DNA of 61,989 nt from Carcharhinus longimanus. Its lineage: Eukaryota. The stretch is taken from positions 100,283,279-100,345,267 of the forward strand of contig JASCQW010000027.1 of assembly GCA_030264375.1 (NCBI GenBank), given 5' to 3'. Under the pieces are notes generated by a model. That model ran no database searches. It saw nothing but the letters and a program-made list of their open reading frames with translations, and was not told where the DNA came from. The position numbers and the translations under genes were made by a program. Shown piece by piece: positions 24,223 through 38,760 of the stretch. How positions within the stretch are numbered: position 1 is the first letter of the stretch; each line of letters starts with the position of its first letter.

Positions 24223-25809
24223 AAGGAAAATGTTTGGCCTCGTCCATTTGTGTTAATATTCTTAACGGTGTAAAAAAATTTCATAATTTATAAGTGACCT
24301 CTCTGGTACTGAAAATTAATATTCAGGTGTATGAAGTCTCGTTCCTTCATATTTTATTGTTTGTGATTGGAAGAAATGTAAGAATTGAAATTAAAATAAA
24401 TGAATAAATTTTATGTCTCTTATCTATCTCCTCATCCAGTTTTTCCATCTATTTATTTTTGCACGCCTGACTTGTGCTCTAACTCTATACTCAACTCTCA
24501 CTTCCAAGTTCAGATGTTGCGCTGTTCATTAACAATTCTTCAATCTGATTTGTTAAGGGGGTACAGAGTTGTTTGCTTTGTTGAGGCATGTCCCAAATTC
24601 CATGAATGAAACACCTCAATTTTTTAATGGTCAGCTGGCATGATCTTCCAGACCAAAAGCCCACATAGTCAATGGAGAAGAGCAAGTGTGTCAAACAGTT
24701 GATGCTATTCATTTACCTTGGACACTATAATCCAGCCAAATTTTTACTTGCCCCTTTTTCTGACTCAATTAATCATAATTTGCTTTGTTGTGTCAGGCAA
24801 CATTTACCCCATCTATGTGAAGTAACACAGATGGCAGCAAGTACTTGAAGTGACTGGAGGAACTGCAGTGGGTTTGTGTTAGTCAAAAATTTTTCCTGAG
24901 CTATTGTGAATGTTGGATGTTGAGACCTGTGTTGAATTGGAGGAAGAAACATTTTGTATAGGCCCTCTATTAATGTGATCTTTCTGCCTGCACAATAAAT
25001 GCTACCTTTTAAGGGGAGAATGCAAATGAGTGAAATGCTAAAGTTTCGCCCCATATGAAAACATCAGATAAGGTCCCCTATTCCATAAGCTATTTATGCA
25101 ATGTCCATCAAAGATGGCCTAATTTGGGAGATTCTCAGTTGGAACAAAGTGCAAACACAGGCTATTACTGACCTATTGTGAGCCAGCGTATAATTCAAAA
25201 GATTGTTTCACCATTGTATTAAACACACACTGGCCTTTCACAGAATTCAGCATTCACAAAATATTTTCTAAGCTTGCAATTTTCATCCCACTTCACAGAC
25301 TGTATCCAAGTAAACAGCTTCTACTGTACTTGAACATTAATCAGTTTTTAACCCACAAGAAGGTTTCCTGAATACATTTTACATTACAAGATATTAAAAT
25401 TAGGCCTCAATTTGAGCAAAGATCAAATTATCCCATTCAGCAATACTATTAAAGTGCAACAATGTATTAAAAATCATGACTAATGATTTCTTAATATTTC
25501 ATAAATCAGCGTCATGGAATCTGTTCAATAATTGTTTCATACCAATGTTTTCCTTCCCCATACTCCAGTTGCAGTCTCTGTCATGACTAGTAATATTAAT
25601 TGAGTGATGGACATTATGAAGTGATTCTGAATCTCAAAAACACTACCATGGAGTTTAAACATAATGCTTCTCAAATTAAAGAGGAACGTGAAACATGCCG
25701 ATAACAGGTGCACTTCGGTGTTAAGTCAAGTAATTGCCTCCATTGTGACAAGTTAATATGTGGATATTTAATGAATGCTTGATTACTTGTGGAAACTTGT
25801 ACAGAAAAG

Positions 25810-26520
25810 TGCAAGGTCTTTCTCCTTTGGGAGAAAGATGAGGGAGAGGCAATATCGGCTAAATGATAGAGCTCTGAAGAGTGGACAGGAACGGAGGGAT
25901 CTGGGGATTCATAAGCACAGAAGTTTAAATGTAACTGGGCATGTTGAAAGAGCTGTGAGCAAAGAATGTGACGGATGGTGAGTTCAAAAGCAGGGGTTAG
26001 TGCTGAACCTTGATAAAGCGCTGGTTAGACCAAAAATAAAGTATTGCACCCAGTTCCGGCCACGCACTTTAAAAAGGATGTGAGGAACCTCGAGGGGATG
26101 AGGGGAGATTTAACAAAGTAGTTCTGGAATGGGGTATTTCAGTTGTGTTGTCGAAGCTAGGGTTGTTCTCCTTGGAATGAAGAAGTAGGAGGAGAAATTT
26201 GATTAGAACGTATCCACGATTATGACTGGTTTGGATAAGGTAGTTGATGGCATAAGGCTGAGTCATTGCAGGTTTAAGTTTTTGGGCAAATGAAGAAGAA
26301 CTTTCTTTCCACAGTGATAATGACATGGAACTTGATTCCAACAATGGTATTGGCTATGATTAATGATTTGAAACTTAAATTGGATTAGCACATAAAGGAA
26401 ATAAACTCTCATGGCCCCCTGGAGATTGGGGAATGGAACTCATTGGATCGCTTTTGAGGGAGCTGGCATGAGTCGATCAGCTGAATGTCCTTTTTCTGTG
26501 CTGTAATGGCGCTATGACTC
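25810..26520 (+). mobile_element. CR1 LINE 3' portion
   Basis: ERRDLGIHKHRSL, ALVRP..YC.QF, LGLFSLE and a CR1 3'UTR-like end (gctgaatgtcctttttctgtgctgtaa). Confidence 0.8.
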
Positions 26521-26599
26521 TGATCACCAAAAATTCACAAATCTGATCCAACATATCGACATCAAACTTTTATATATCATCTTCAATGCAGAAAAAAAA

Positions 26600-27350
26600 A
26601 TCAAAGACATTTCACAGAGAGACAATCAACATCAACTGAAGTGGGGGGATAATTGAAGGGGGTGACCAAAAACTTGGTCAAAATGCTGGGTTTTAAGGAG
26701 GACCTGAAAGGAGGAGGATAACTTAGAGAGGCAGAGAGTAATCTGAAAGGATTTCCAAACCCTGTGGCTCAGGCTGTTGTACATAAATGGTCAACCATAG
26801 CAGATGAATAGAGGGAGGTGCACACGCAGCCTTAGGCAAAGAAGTGGAGAGTTCAGGGAGGACAAAGTTTTAAGGTCGGGATATGTCACAGACGAGAGAG
26901 GACCAAAGCGATGAAGGCCATAAACACACAGATGAGTATTTTAATTGTGAGGTGCTGAGAGCCAAAATATGCAAATAGGGAGCCACGGGATGATGCAGGA
27001 CAGAGTACCAGCTGCAAAGCTTTGAATCACTTGCAGATCACAGAAGGTAAAGGATATGCCGTCAGCCAATAGTGAATTAGAATGATTAAATTTGGGGGTG
27101 ACAAAGGCATCTATGAGGATTCTGGTGGCAGATTATGTGAGGTAGGAGTGGGAGGCTGGTCTTGTTTTTGGAGGTGGAAATTGTTGTCATGGGGAGGATA
27201 TTTGAGCAGATACCATGTTGTGTTTGGAACACCTCGTTAATCGTGGATCACAGAGCTGGACAATGATTGTGTGATCAACACTGAGAAGTCTTAGAGTGGC
27301 CAAGGAGGACAAGAAGGGATAATGTGCAGTGGTCATGGTCATGGCCTATA
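26600..27350 (-). mobile_element. L2-like LINE remnant
   Basis: Purine-rich reverse-strand L2-type 3' sequence (gaccaaaaacttggtcaaaatgctgggttttaaggag). Recognised by pattern only. Confidence 0.5.
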
Positions 27351-30300
27351 TCACCAATGCCCCATGGCATAATTTATCTGTAATCGTTCCTTCAAAACCT
27401 CATGCCCTTAAGCACGTGTATTGCTTTGGAAATGAACAGAAATGATCTTGCAATTGCCTGCAGGTCAAAGGTTTATTAAACTCCCAACATACCCCATCCC
27501 CCTTTGGAATAATAAGTTGTGATGAGTTTGTCAAGCCTTGGAGCAAAAACAGGCCAGGCAGTGACTTAATTCAATATCAGCATTCATTTCAGTGACTTAA
27601 AGTAGTGAAGTTACACCACTTCAGGGATTTTCTTCCAAGCTACTCAAGTTTCACAATGGAAGTTAACAACTAGTAAGGATCCTACATGGAACCTCTTGTT
27701 TCTGCAGTCATTGAATTTATAAAAGTTTCATTTTTTAACTGATCAACTCAACTGTGCTATATTAGGGATGCAAATATGATTTCCAGTGTTAAAAATAATA
27801 CATGGTTATCTTCACTGAGACAATTACGTTTTAGATATTTGAGCAGGAAAAATAAATCAGATGTAGAATTCAAAGATTAATACATGGCCTTTGTTAGCTA
27901 TAAATCAAATAAATGATTGACGTATCTTTTCATTTCTTCTCTCCAGCTTTGTTATCTGTTAAATGGGACTGTTGCATTCTAAAGAATAGAATCAATGTTA
28001 ATCTGACTTGCATTGAGTTACATATATAGAGTTTGCAGCACAGACACAGACCATTAGATCATTTATTTTAGGCTGGCGTTTATGCTTTAGACCAGCTTCC
28101 TCACACCCTTCCTGATTTAACACTGTCAGTGCACAATTTTCTCTCCTCTCCCTTGTCAGCTGATCAATTTTCCCTTTAAATGTTTTGACTTGTCATCTCA
28201 AATATCCTTGTGACAGTTATTCCGTGTTCTTACCATTCTTTGTTCACCAAAGTTTCTTCTGAATACCCTTTTGGACAAATTACTGATCAGCTTGTTTGTG
28301 GCCCCAACTTTTTTGAATCTTATACAAGTGGAAACATCTTCTCTACGTCTACCCTTTCAAAATTGTACAGACCTTGTTTAGCCCACCTCTCAGCTTCCTT
28401 TCTTCCAGACAAATGTGTTCAGTATTTTCTGACAGGAAGAACCTCTCACTTCTGATATCATCTCATGCAAAAAGACAACAACCTTCTCAAATGCCTGTCT
28501 TTTTTTAGAGCATTTCACATTTAAAGCATTTTACAGTGTGACTAAGTGGGAGCTAACCAAGACTTATCAATGCTAAGGCAGCAACCTAGTGGTTACAGTT
28601 GCCATTCAAGAGGAGGGATTGCAATTCCCACGAATCAGTACTTGAAATTACTATTGCTGGTAAATTGAAGACACCCTGTCAGAAAGCAGTTCCTATTAAT
28701 TAAAGCTAGCATCTCATTTCGGCAATTCGTAATAAGCAGTATGGAACCAAAATGGTATCTCCAGTTTTATGAGCCAAACTTTGATTTGCATTTCGGACAA
28801 GGTCAGCCTTGTCTGAAAGCAGGTTATGTGCGTGGACAATGCAATCTGAAAGTGCCAAATATAATTACTCAACCTCATCAAATGTCTCAAGACAGCTGGA
28901 AAGGAATCAACACAGGGAAAATGCTTGTGGAAAGAAACAAATGAAATTCAGCAAGCAAAAATCACATTGCTATTCAATGTTACCAAACCAGAGAACATTT
29001 ATGAATCCACTGTGGTGTATCTGGAATTCCACCAAACCAATTACGCAAAATCCTGTCAAATCTGCCAACTATTCCATTGAAACCAATCAAATGAAAATTA
29101 AAAGTTGTATTTAACAAGCAAATAGTCTGATAATACTCTCTTCACCATCTGAAAAATCTAAAGCAAGCTGTTTTGTGTCATTGTGGATGGCTCAAGGATT
29201 GAGGAAGAGGGTTTATAGGTTTTTCAAGTGGCACCTGATATCCTGGTGGAGAAGGTCTGGAGGAGGATGGATGTCCTGGGGCGAGACAGAGTATATCTTA
29301 CCTGAAACTTAAGTACTTGCATCAATGTCTTTGAATGTGGGCCACAGCTTGGCAGGTCGATGTACATTTCAGTACTGGTGTGCTAAATTTGTTTAAACCA
29401 GGTGGAGTTTGCACTGCAAGGACTTAGAACGATCCTCACACTATTATCTTCTGGAATGCATTTGTATCTGTAATTGGGCATTGTTAAATTTAAAGTTCCA
29501 TTATTTTAATCTTATAATTGTAACTGTGCCTCTGGTTTCCATTGGTTTAATGCTCCTATGGTTTTGTAGAGACAGATGCAGCTCTGAGTTGCTGTGAAGA
29601 ATGAGTTTGCAGCTACGTTTCTGAAAACAGCACCATGAGGTGTACAGTCTGAGGAATTATCTGTCAACTGTGGACTATGTTTGTGGCATCAAACTTTTCT
29701 TGATCAAACTGAAGTGCTTTTCTTTAGAAATAGGTTTTCTGATTTCTCCCTGAAGTGGAAAAGCGAAAGCCCCTCCTGCTTTTTCAACACAAGAGTGCAA
29801 CTTGTGGCAGTTCTTTTATTTTTCTGTAGCTTGTACACTTGCTTCATTTGATTGATCAGATCATTTTGGCGTACCAAATGCTGCTTTGTAGTCTGACTGC
29901 AATCCAATCTGCTGGGACGTCATTTTGTGGACAGTGAAAATGAATATAATATTTATAACTATCCATGAGGGAGCCAGCATTTTTCCTGGCACCTGAACTC
30001 GAAAGTTTGTCTATCTATAGTCATTGCAATGCAGCACAGAAACAAGCTCAATGACGCATCAGTGGTGCCAATCATTATCAGATTTAATAAAAAATGTCTG
30101 AAAGATTTGGTAAAGAAGCGATATGCCCTGAGTTCTGATTCTTTGTCAATTGCTTGACAGATTTGTCATTTAACCATTAGCTGTGTCACAATCAAGGAAA
30201 TTACTCTCTTGCAGTGAGCCACTGAAATTCATGACATGTTATGCAATTTCTGGAGTACACTATAAATACAAATTACTCACTGTAGTCTTGTTCATTTTCT

Positions 30301-30479
30301 GAGGTGAAGATGATCATCTTCATCATCTGCATTGTTCATTTGATTTCGACCGGGTATGTAAATAAGGCTGCTGTGTGCCTGGAAGGTCACCCTGCAGATT
30401 GGACAAAATACCCCAGATGCTTGAGTTTTGGACAAGTTGTTGACTTGAGATTACTTCTCTTTGTGTTTTCTCTCTGCCC

Positions 30480-31930
30480 CTGATGTTCATTTGCTTTTAA
30501 CAGAGGTCATACCTTTTTGGTTGCTTCAAGGTGCAGAGATTGTGGGTGAACTTTTCTCAGGACATAAAGTCAATCAGAAAGCTCTGAAGTGAAGCCTTCA
30601 GTGTGTCCTTGCAGCGCCACCTTTGACCACAGTCAGACTGTACTCCAAACTCGGGCTCTCCATAGAACAATCACTTCGATAAGTGAGTGCCAGGCTTTCT
30701 GGTTACATGACAGCGCAACTCAATTGTGACTGTCTCAGTCTGATGTGGATGCTTGGCAATGCCAGGTCAAGTGAGCATGTCAGTGTCTCATATTTTGTCT
30801 TGCCATCTGACTTGCTGAAGCTACATAAGGCAGATCAAGTGAAAGTAGTTGTGCTTGTTGGCATGAGGCTGGGACACATTCCAAGCCTCACCTGTGTAGA
30901 GCAGAGTAAACAAGACTATTGCTGTATNNNNNNNNNNNNNNNNNNNNNNNNNNNNNNNNNNNNNNNNNNNNNNNNNNNNNNNNNNNNNNNNNNNNNNNNN
31001 NNNNNNNNNNNNNNNNNNNNNNNNNNNTGCTGTATAAGCATTTAGTTTGATAGGCAGACTTGCTTCTTTTCATCCCCCCAGACTGACTTTCAAAGCCTGA
31101 TGGCAATTTGGACACTTGTCTCAGCAACAACGTTGATAGTTTGAGAGAGTGCACTGCAGTGATAAGTGAACTTATTCAACACTGGCAGGTTCAGCTCATG
31201 GACTTGGGCTTGAGTTTGGGCTTTCCTGAAGCAAGCTGGTGCATTTTTCTGGGTTTTTGTTTTGTGCTGACCTTCAAGCTGAAGTTGTTCCTCAGGTTGG
31301 AGAACAAGTTCATGCCGCACTGCATTATCCTACTCTGAAGTGGCAACTAGTGCACAGTCATGACAAACATGAAATTGTGTAGGATGGTGTTTGAGATTCT
31401 GATCTTGAACTGCAGATTGAGTAGCTTCCTGGCAATGCGATATTCGATTTGGATACAAGGATCATTCTGGTGAAAGGCATTGGACTATATGATGGAGAAA
31501 ATGGGATTGATGTTAGCATGCAGCTTTGTTTAATTCCATTAGTGACTGGAATGGATCAGAAGACTCACCATCATCTAGGACTCGAGCATCTGGTCGTGGA
31601 ACTGTAGCACCTTTTATGGTGAATTTCTTACAGTAGTCATATTTCTCCATGATCTTTCAAAGACCCTCATTGTGCCAAATGCCTTTGGGTCGACAAACGT
31701 GATGCAGAGGACCATGTTTTCTTTCTGGCATTTCTCCTGGAGCTGTCTAACTATAAACAACATCTCAGTGGTTTCTCGACTTTCTGTAAAATTGTCCTGA
31801 CTCTCTGGTAGCAGTACCTGATTGTGATGTTGCGTAGAACAGTTCAGAAGGATCGTGGTGATGGAAAGGTGTGAGATTCCTCCATGGCTCCACTGTAACC
31901 ATTTGGAGATGGTACTCATGTCTAAAAGAC
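30480..31930 (-). mobile_element. RTE-clade LINE ORF remnant
   Basis: EMLFIVRQLQEKCQKENMVLCITFVDPKAF in ORF 31614-31919; KFTYHCSALSQTINV in ORF 31090-31320. Confidence 0.85.
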
Positions 31931-32644
31931 TTCATTTATAATGTGATATATGGTGCTGACATGACACCCGAACTTAGAGCATCAACAATTAAGTTGCAGT
32001 CTTATTCTACCCAGAGATATTCAAAATATTTTGTTTATCTTGTCAGTATTTAGTGTCAATCTTGCCAACAACACAAGTGTTAACATCGGATTGTAATACT
32101 TTTCAGGCTGCAAAGTCGTTTTGTCTCCCAGAAAGGCAAATTAGATAGATTTTTTTTCCCCAAAATAACTTTTAGTTCACAGTATATGAGTAATTTGAGA
32201 CAATGTGTTTAGTGTAGCGTGCTTGAAAAATAGTGACTTTGGACCTATCATCCCTGAAGTTCTGTGTCATGGGAGCTTTTCCTCTGTCATTTTCTGGGAG
32301 TGTTATGAATTAACTCTTAGAGATCGATGGCTATGATTACAATTCCTCTCTCATTGTATCATGCAGCGATCAGGATGGTAGAAGACAAACTGTAAGGACA
32401 TTGATCTTTTTCTCATTTAGCAATTATTATGTTCTCCAATAAGTCATTTCACTATCCCTGGATATGATGATTGGGGTAACAGTCTACTTCGCAAATCAAG
32501 AATGTTGTCATTTTTCTTACACCTGTGTTGCCATTCATTCGGTCACATCTTAAGGACAATTCTCAAACACAAGAAGATTACAATGTTACCTTTTTTACTT
32601 CCTTTCATTTTTAAAATTTTCTCTTTCTTTCCATCTCTTTATCT

Positions 32645-32870
32645 AGGGGATAGCATTATGGTATTATTACCAGACTATTAATCCAGAAACTCAGCTCATG
32701 TTCTGGGGCCTGAGTTCGAATCCCACCTTGGCAGATGGTGGAATTTGATTTCAGTTTAAAAAAATGTCTGGCCTTAAGAATCTGTTGATGACCATGAAAC
32801 CATCGTCAATGCAATGTCATAGCAATGTGGTTGACTGTCAACCACCTTCCAAGGACAACCAGGAATGCGA
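32645..32870 (+). mobile_element. tRNA-derived SINE (second family)
   Basis: Head with gagttcgaatcccacc B-box and ggtggaattt body. Related copies at ~48360-48715(+) and ~13880-14128(-). Confidence 0.7.
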
Positions 32871-34912
32871 CATAAAACCCAGAGATGTGCAGATTAGGTG
32901 GATTGGCCATGCTAAATTGCCCCTTAATGTCAAGGGAACTAGCAAGGCGAAATACATGGGATTATGGGGATAGGCCTGGGTGGGATTGTGTTTGGTGCAG
33001 ACTCAATGAGCTGAATGGCTTCCTTCTGTACTATAGAATTCTATGATATTTATGAAATGCTGGCCAGCCACTGACCCCCGTGCATAAAGAAAAGGGAATA
33101 GCTACATGCCTGAAGATCATAGCATTTTTAAAATGCTATCTCAGTATATGTAGGTATCTAGTGAAGGAAGTCCCAATATAAATTGATAAAACATAAGACC
33201 GAGAACAGCTAAAAATACAGACTTCACTTTCATTGCATCTATAATTGCCTCCCCAGCTAAATGCATCGTCACATCTACGCATGGCATTGGCACCTGTAGT
33301 GAGGCAATCATCACGCCTTCAATAAAAAGGATCAACCACTGACTGGGTCACTCTGCTTTATATCATTTCTTGCACATTTCCTTGCTTCAGCATGAGAGAA
33401 TTTATATTAACATCTAATTGCAGCAATCATAGACAAGCTTGTAAACAGACACAGGCACCAGCTCTCTTGCCCAGGGCTGCTGAAAACAAATCTTAGTTTT
33501 ATTCTTAAGCTGCTCGTTTTCTGGTCATAACTGAAAGGTGATGGGACAAACCTCCTTTCCGTCCTCCACTGCCCCCGCCCCACCCCACTCCCAAACCTCG
33601 GCCTGTGATCTCTTTGCATGCTTGCTAACATGCCATTCCTGCCTACAACAAGCATGATGGGTAATAATAAATGCCAACAGGCACTCTCCTAGAATAGAGC
33701 TTTAGTTGCTGATGTTTGTGGTGTCTTATTTCCCCTTTGAAAGTTTGACTCCATTGACATCCATTGGACGTTATCCGTGGCTGGAAACACAGCTAATGGT
33801 AATTGCACACTCTAACCGAGAGAGTCTCAAATATATTTATGTGCTTCTGAGATTTAGTGTTCAATAGAGATGTCCGAACTGCCAGGGTTATGTGATAAAT
33901 GGCACTGATTTAAAAATTATTACACTGAACACTAATTTGAAAGCACAAAAAGCATAATGAATGATGTTTGATGAAAGTACTTAAAATAATGAAGGGCCCG
34001 GCAATACTGGCATGTTGAGCTGCTTGTCACAGGGCGTTGGAACTCTGACTGTTCCTGTACCGAATTTCTGAACTTTTAACGGGAAAGTCGCAGAACAAAT
34101 CAACAAGAGAAGTTACTGGGACAGCACAGCTGGATCCTTGGGAAGTAGGAACCTGGGGGGGGAGGGGGGGGTGGTGTCTGCTTTGATTGGAGCACTGTGT
34201 TTATGGGAGGGACCTTCAGAAAGAGAAGGCCACTCACAAGATAGTGGCTGAAGCCACAAATCGATCAATGTGATGAAAGAGTTGCTTTTTTTTAATGTAA
34301 CCTTGATTAAAATGGTAGCCTGTCCATCTCCACTACACACTCACAAGGGAATCAATCCTTGGCCAAGAAATAAAACTATTTCGAATTTTGAGCAGAAGAG
34401 GGGAGGAATTGAAACTCAGTTGGGCTGTCGAAAATTGGTCGTCTATAGCATGATTGAAGGAGATAGGAGAAGTAAAATATTGATTTGGAGAGAAGATAGG
34501 AATCCTGAAAATGTTCTCAGCCCTTTTTCAGTTAGCTTTCTTGCCTTATCAATTCACCTGTGCCAGCAAAATCATTCCCTTTTCAGAAATATGTACAATT
34601 GTTTCTGCAGGTTGTTTACACCATTTGCTTTAATGAGCTACTCTGTGATTCTCTTGCAGCTACTGTAAGAAGAACACGTGCACACTTAGGACTCACTTCC
34701 TGATTTTCAAGTTGAGCCCATGGTGGTGACCTGTTTTCGTCTTTTGCTCAGCCATTTAATGTCCAAGTCTGGCTGATGGAGTATAAAAGATATGCCCCCT
34801 TCCCTATACACCAGCACTGTTTTGTCCATTCATAACCTGTCATTTTAGTTTATTCTTGGTGGAATTGGTCTCAGGAAAGTGTGTGATAAACCTAACACAC
34901 TCTTTGATCCTT

Positions 34913-35735
34913 AGAACAAGAACTGGGAGCAGAAGTAGACCATCTGGCCCCTCGAGCCTATTCCAGCGTTCAATAAGCTCATGACTGATCTTTTTGTGGA
35001 TTCAGCTCCCCTTACCTGCCTGCTCACCATAACCCTTAATTCCTTTACTGTTCAAAAATATATCTATCTTTGCCTGAAAGATAGCCTCAACTGCTTCATT
35101 GGGCAGGGAATTCCACAGATTCACAACCCTTCGGTTGGAGATGTCCCTCCTCAACTCAGTACTAAGTCTGCTCCCCCTTATTTTGAGGCTATGCCCCCTA
35201 GTTCGAGTTTCACCTCTCATTGGAAACAACTTCCCTGCTTCTTTCTTACCTACTCCTTTCATAATTTTTAATGCTTCTATAAGATCCCATCTCATCCTTC
35301 AAAATTCCGACGAGTCTACTCAGTCTGTCCTCATAAGTGAATCATCTCAACTCTAAAATCAACTGAGCGAATCTCCTCTGCAACCCCTCCAGTGCCAGTA
35401 CGTCCTTCCTTCGAGTAAGGAGACCACAGTACTTCAGGTGTAGCCTCACCAACACCCGATTATAGCTCCCTGTTTTTCAACTCCATCCCTCGAGCAATGA
35501 AGGACACAATTCCATTTGCCTTAATGACCTGCTGCACCGACAAACCAACTTTTTGCGATTTCTGCACAAGGACACTCGGGTCCCTCTGCACAGCAGCATG
35601 CTGCAAATTTTTTCCCATTTAAATAAGAGCCCGTTTTGCTGCTGTTCCTGCCAAAATGGATGACCTCATATTTATCAACATTGTACACCATCTNNNNNNN
35701 NNNNNNNNNNNNNAACTATCTATATCCCTCTACAC
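34913..35735 (-). mobile_element. CR1 LINE 3' portion
   Basis: GETRTRGHSLKIRG..RVVNLWNSLP peptide; close similarity to 4268-5100. Confidence 0.9.
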
Positions 35736-36689
35736 ACTTTGCTCTCCCTCGTTGATTTGTCTCTCAGTTCAGGCAATATTGGCCCTGATTTTGCAGACAC
35801 TGGTCAAGTGCCACAACTCGCCACTGACCTTCAAGACAGCTGCCCACAAAAATGTAGGGATCTCTGTGGTGCGCATGTCCACTTCCCTGATATCAATTTG
35901 AATCTTCCACCAATTTAAAAGAACCTCTCAATATCCAGGAAGACTGATGTCATTAAGCAGAGCAAGCAAGCAACCAACCACATTTAAGAACGACCACGGA
36001 TTGTAAACCAAGAAATAAATTCACTAAGTTTTGTTATTTATATAACTTTTACAGAGTGAAATAAAGATTGGGATTTATTCATTAGCAGCTGAAATAAGAT
36101 AAACGGACCTGAGTATTGCTGGAAATCAGAACTGATTGAGCTTATGAACTCAGCAACTTGTGCAGTTGAATTCAGCTTTAACAACGCCGCGTATACCCAA
36201 ATAGGTGGTGTTACCATGGCACTCCCATCCAGCAACGCCTGCATCTCCACATCATGGCTCCCATCCAGGCCCAGCTCTTTGTTAGTTCCATGGAAAATGT
36301 GTGTTTAATGGAATGACACCAAATCTCCTCATCCGTGCATATTTCCAATATGTGGATGCTGTGTTCGCAATGTTTAAATCCACAGCTGCATGTATTGCTT
36401 TCCTTGAATGGGCAGCACAGGGGCACAGTGTTTAGCACAGCTGCCTACAGCACCAGGGACTTAGGTTCAAGTCCTGATTTGGATCATTGCACGGAATTTG
36501 CTTGTTCTGCCTGTGTCTGCATGGGTTTCCTCTGGATGTTTCCGTTTCCTTCTTTGATGGTTAGGTGCATTGGCCATGCTATGTTCTCCCTCAGCGTATC
36601 TGAACAGGTGCGGAGTGTGGCGACGAGGGGATTTTCACAATAACTTCAAGCCTACTTGTGACACTGATAAATAAAAAAATGGGCTCCAT

Positions 36690-37870
36690 CCTGCACTAAA
36701 ATATATCTTTGATATGGTGCAATCAAATAAACTTCATGACCTAGTTGAGAAATCTGCCAGATGGTTCTGTATCAGGATCTACCAAAAGCCTACTTTCACT
36801 GCCCAATATACATTGGGATCCTTAAAGTTCCACACGGTATAAGATTGGCCTTTTGGCAACCTCATAAATAAGGTTCAAACCATTTGCTTGCCATGCAAGC
36901 TTGATGCTGAAAATAGGGTGCATCAAAGGCATCCTGTGGGATTATATCTATCCTGATCAAATCATTTCACGTTGTGTCTTACATAAGCTCATGGGCCNNN
37001 NNNNNNNAAGACTCAATTGTGAACCTGGGCATTTTGCCCAGTCTACCTCAAATTACCCGGGCAGGGCAAGATATCTCAAAAGTTTAAGAACAGGTAAAGC
37101 TAGTTGTTTAATGTTGCCAACATGCAGTCGCAACAGAACAAGTCTTCACCACAAATGGGATGCTGCCATCAAGATGTTCTGCCTATCACACAAATGAACA
37201 CTGTGGTAAATGAATTTCAGTGCCTGCATGATGTTAAGTATGTAGGCCATTGATACCAAAGGTGAATGTTTACATCAAACAGAATGTCCACAATGGGCAA
37301 GATACAGATTGTACACAACAAGCATGTGCTTGTAAAACTGTGTCCAATATTAGACGTGATTCCGTGCTCAGACAGCAATTGCTAAACAAACGCTCACGTG
37401 CTCACAATTATGCTGACAACCAATTTAAGATTGTTAGTCTGGCTCACAGTGTGACACATTTGCATTTACTGAAAGTTAAATAGATTAATACACAGGGCCC
37501 TGTTCTTTGCAGACAGAAATAACAGGTACATACATTGTACCTGTTTCAGCTGAGCAAAATATGTGACAGCCATTCACTGGTTCATTACTCAGGGAAATTT
37601 CTTAACCAGTTAGACTCGAGTTGTCTGGCTTAAATTTTAAAACAATGCTTGGCAGTTAAATGTCAGTCACCATTAATTAGTACATTTCCCATGGCACCAC
37701 CTCTGCCAATCAGAGTTCACTTGCCAACTAATCAGCACTCTCTTCTCAAGAATAAAGTTCAGTTTCCACTGACGTTGGTGTTATTATAATTGTCTTGATG
37801 AATGCAAGACAGAAAGTTTTGACAAGATGTCTTTTTTCAGCAATACTTAAGTTATAGAATCACAAGTGAT
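36690..37870 (+). mobile_element. Penelope-like element: RT C-terminus, GIY-YIG endonuclease and 3' hammerhead-like core
   Basis: IYQKPTFT and YPDQII (RT thumb region); DVLPITQMNTVVNEFQCLHDVKYVG and DNQFKIVS..HLHLL..GPVLCRQK (GIY-YIG type); tgtc-TTGATGA..GAAA..gaca at 37791-37824. Confidence 0.85.
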
Positions 37871-38039
37871 TGTTTATGAACAGATTTATAAAAAATTGTA
37901 TTGAAAACCTCAGGAATCTTTTATCATAATGGGAAAAAGAATGAAATGGTGCCATTATCAAATGAATTTTCCAGGGTAAGCGAGGTTCTTGAACAGTAGT
38001 TTTGGAAATATACAATGGTAACAAAACTGAAATAGTCTA

Positions 38040-38760
38040 CTGTCATGTTCATGTTTGCTTTCTGCAGAGCAGACCCATTAATCCGATTCACATGCTCTGA
38101 TCCAATTGTCTTGCTGTTGTTTTCCTCTTCAGCTGCTTACTCAATTCCTTTTGGAAAGTCTGGCCACCACACTCTGAGGCAGTGTATTGCAGACCAGAAT
38201 AATTCACTGCTTAAAAAAAAGGCTATTTTCACCAAGTTGCTATTGGTTCTTTTCGCCTGATATCGGTGATATCGGTATTGATTCTTGAACCCTCTGCCGG
38301 TCCGAACAGTTTCTCACTTTCTACTCTTTCTAAACCCCTACTGACTTTGAACTGCGCTATCAAACCTCTTCTCAACTTTAGCCCCAGGTTCTCGTCCACA
38401 GAACTGAAGGTCCTCATAACTGGAGCCATGCTCGTAAATCTTTTCTGCATCTTTAATGCCTTCTGAAAGTGTGCTGCTGAGAATTGACAGAAACCATGTT
38501 TCATCCATGTTTATCCTCACATCCTTGCTTTTGTACTCAATGCTTATAAGTACTTTCTCCATCTTCCTTGCCAACTTCAAAATTTGTGCACATGTCGTCT
38601 GAGATACTGCTCAATTTTCAGAGATGCACCTTTGATTTTATATTGCCACTCCTCGCTCTTTCTACCAAAATGTATCACTTCATATTTCCTTGCATGAAAC
38701 TTCATGTGCCACATGTTCAAACAGTCTGTCTTGAGATCTGTTGCTAACCTCCCCATATGT
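38040..38760 (-). mobile_element. Old CR1 remnant
   Basis: FCQFSAAHFQK..MQKRFTSMAP and IEYKSKDV peptides. Confidence 0.7.
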
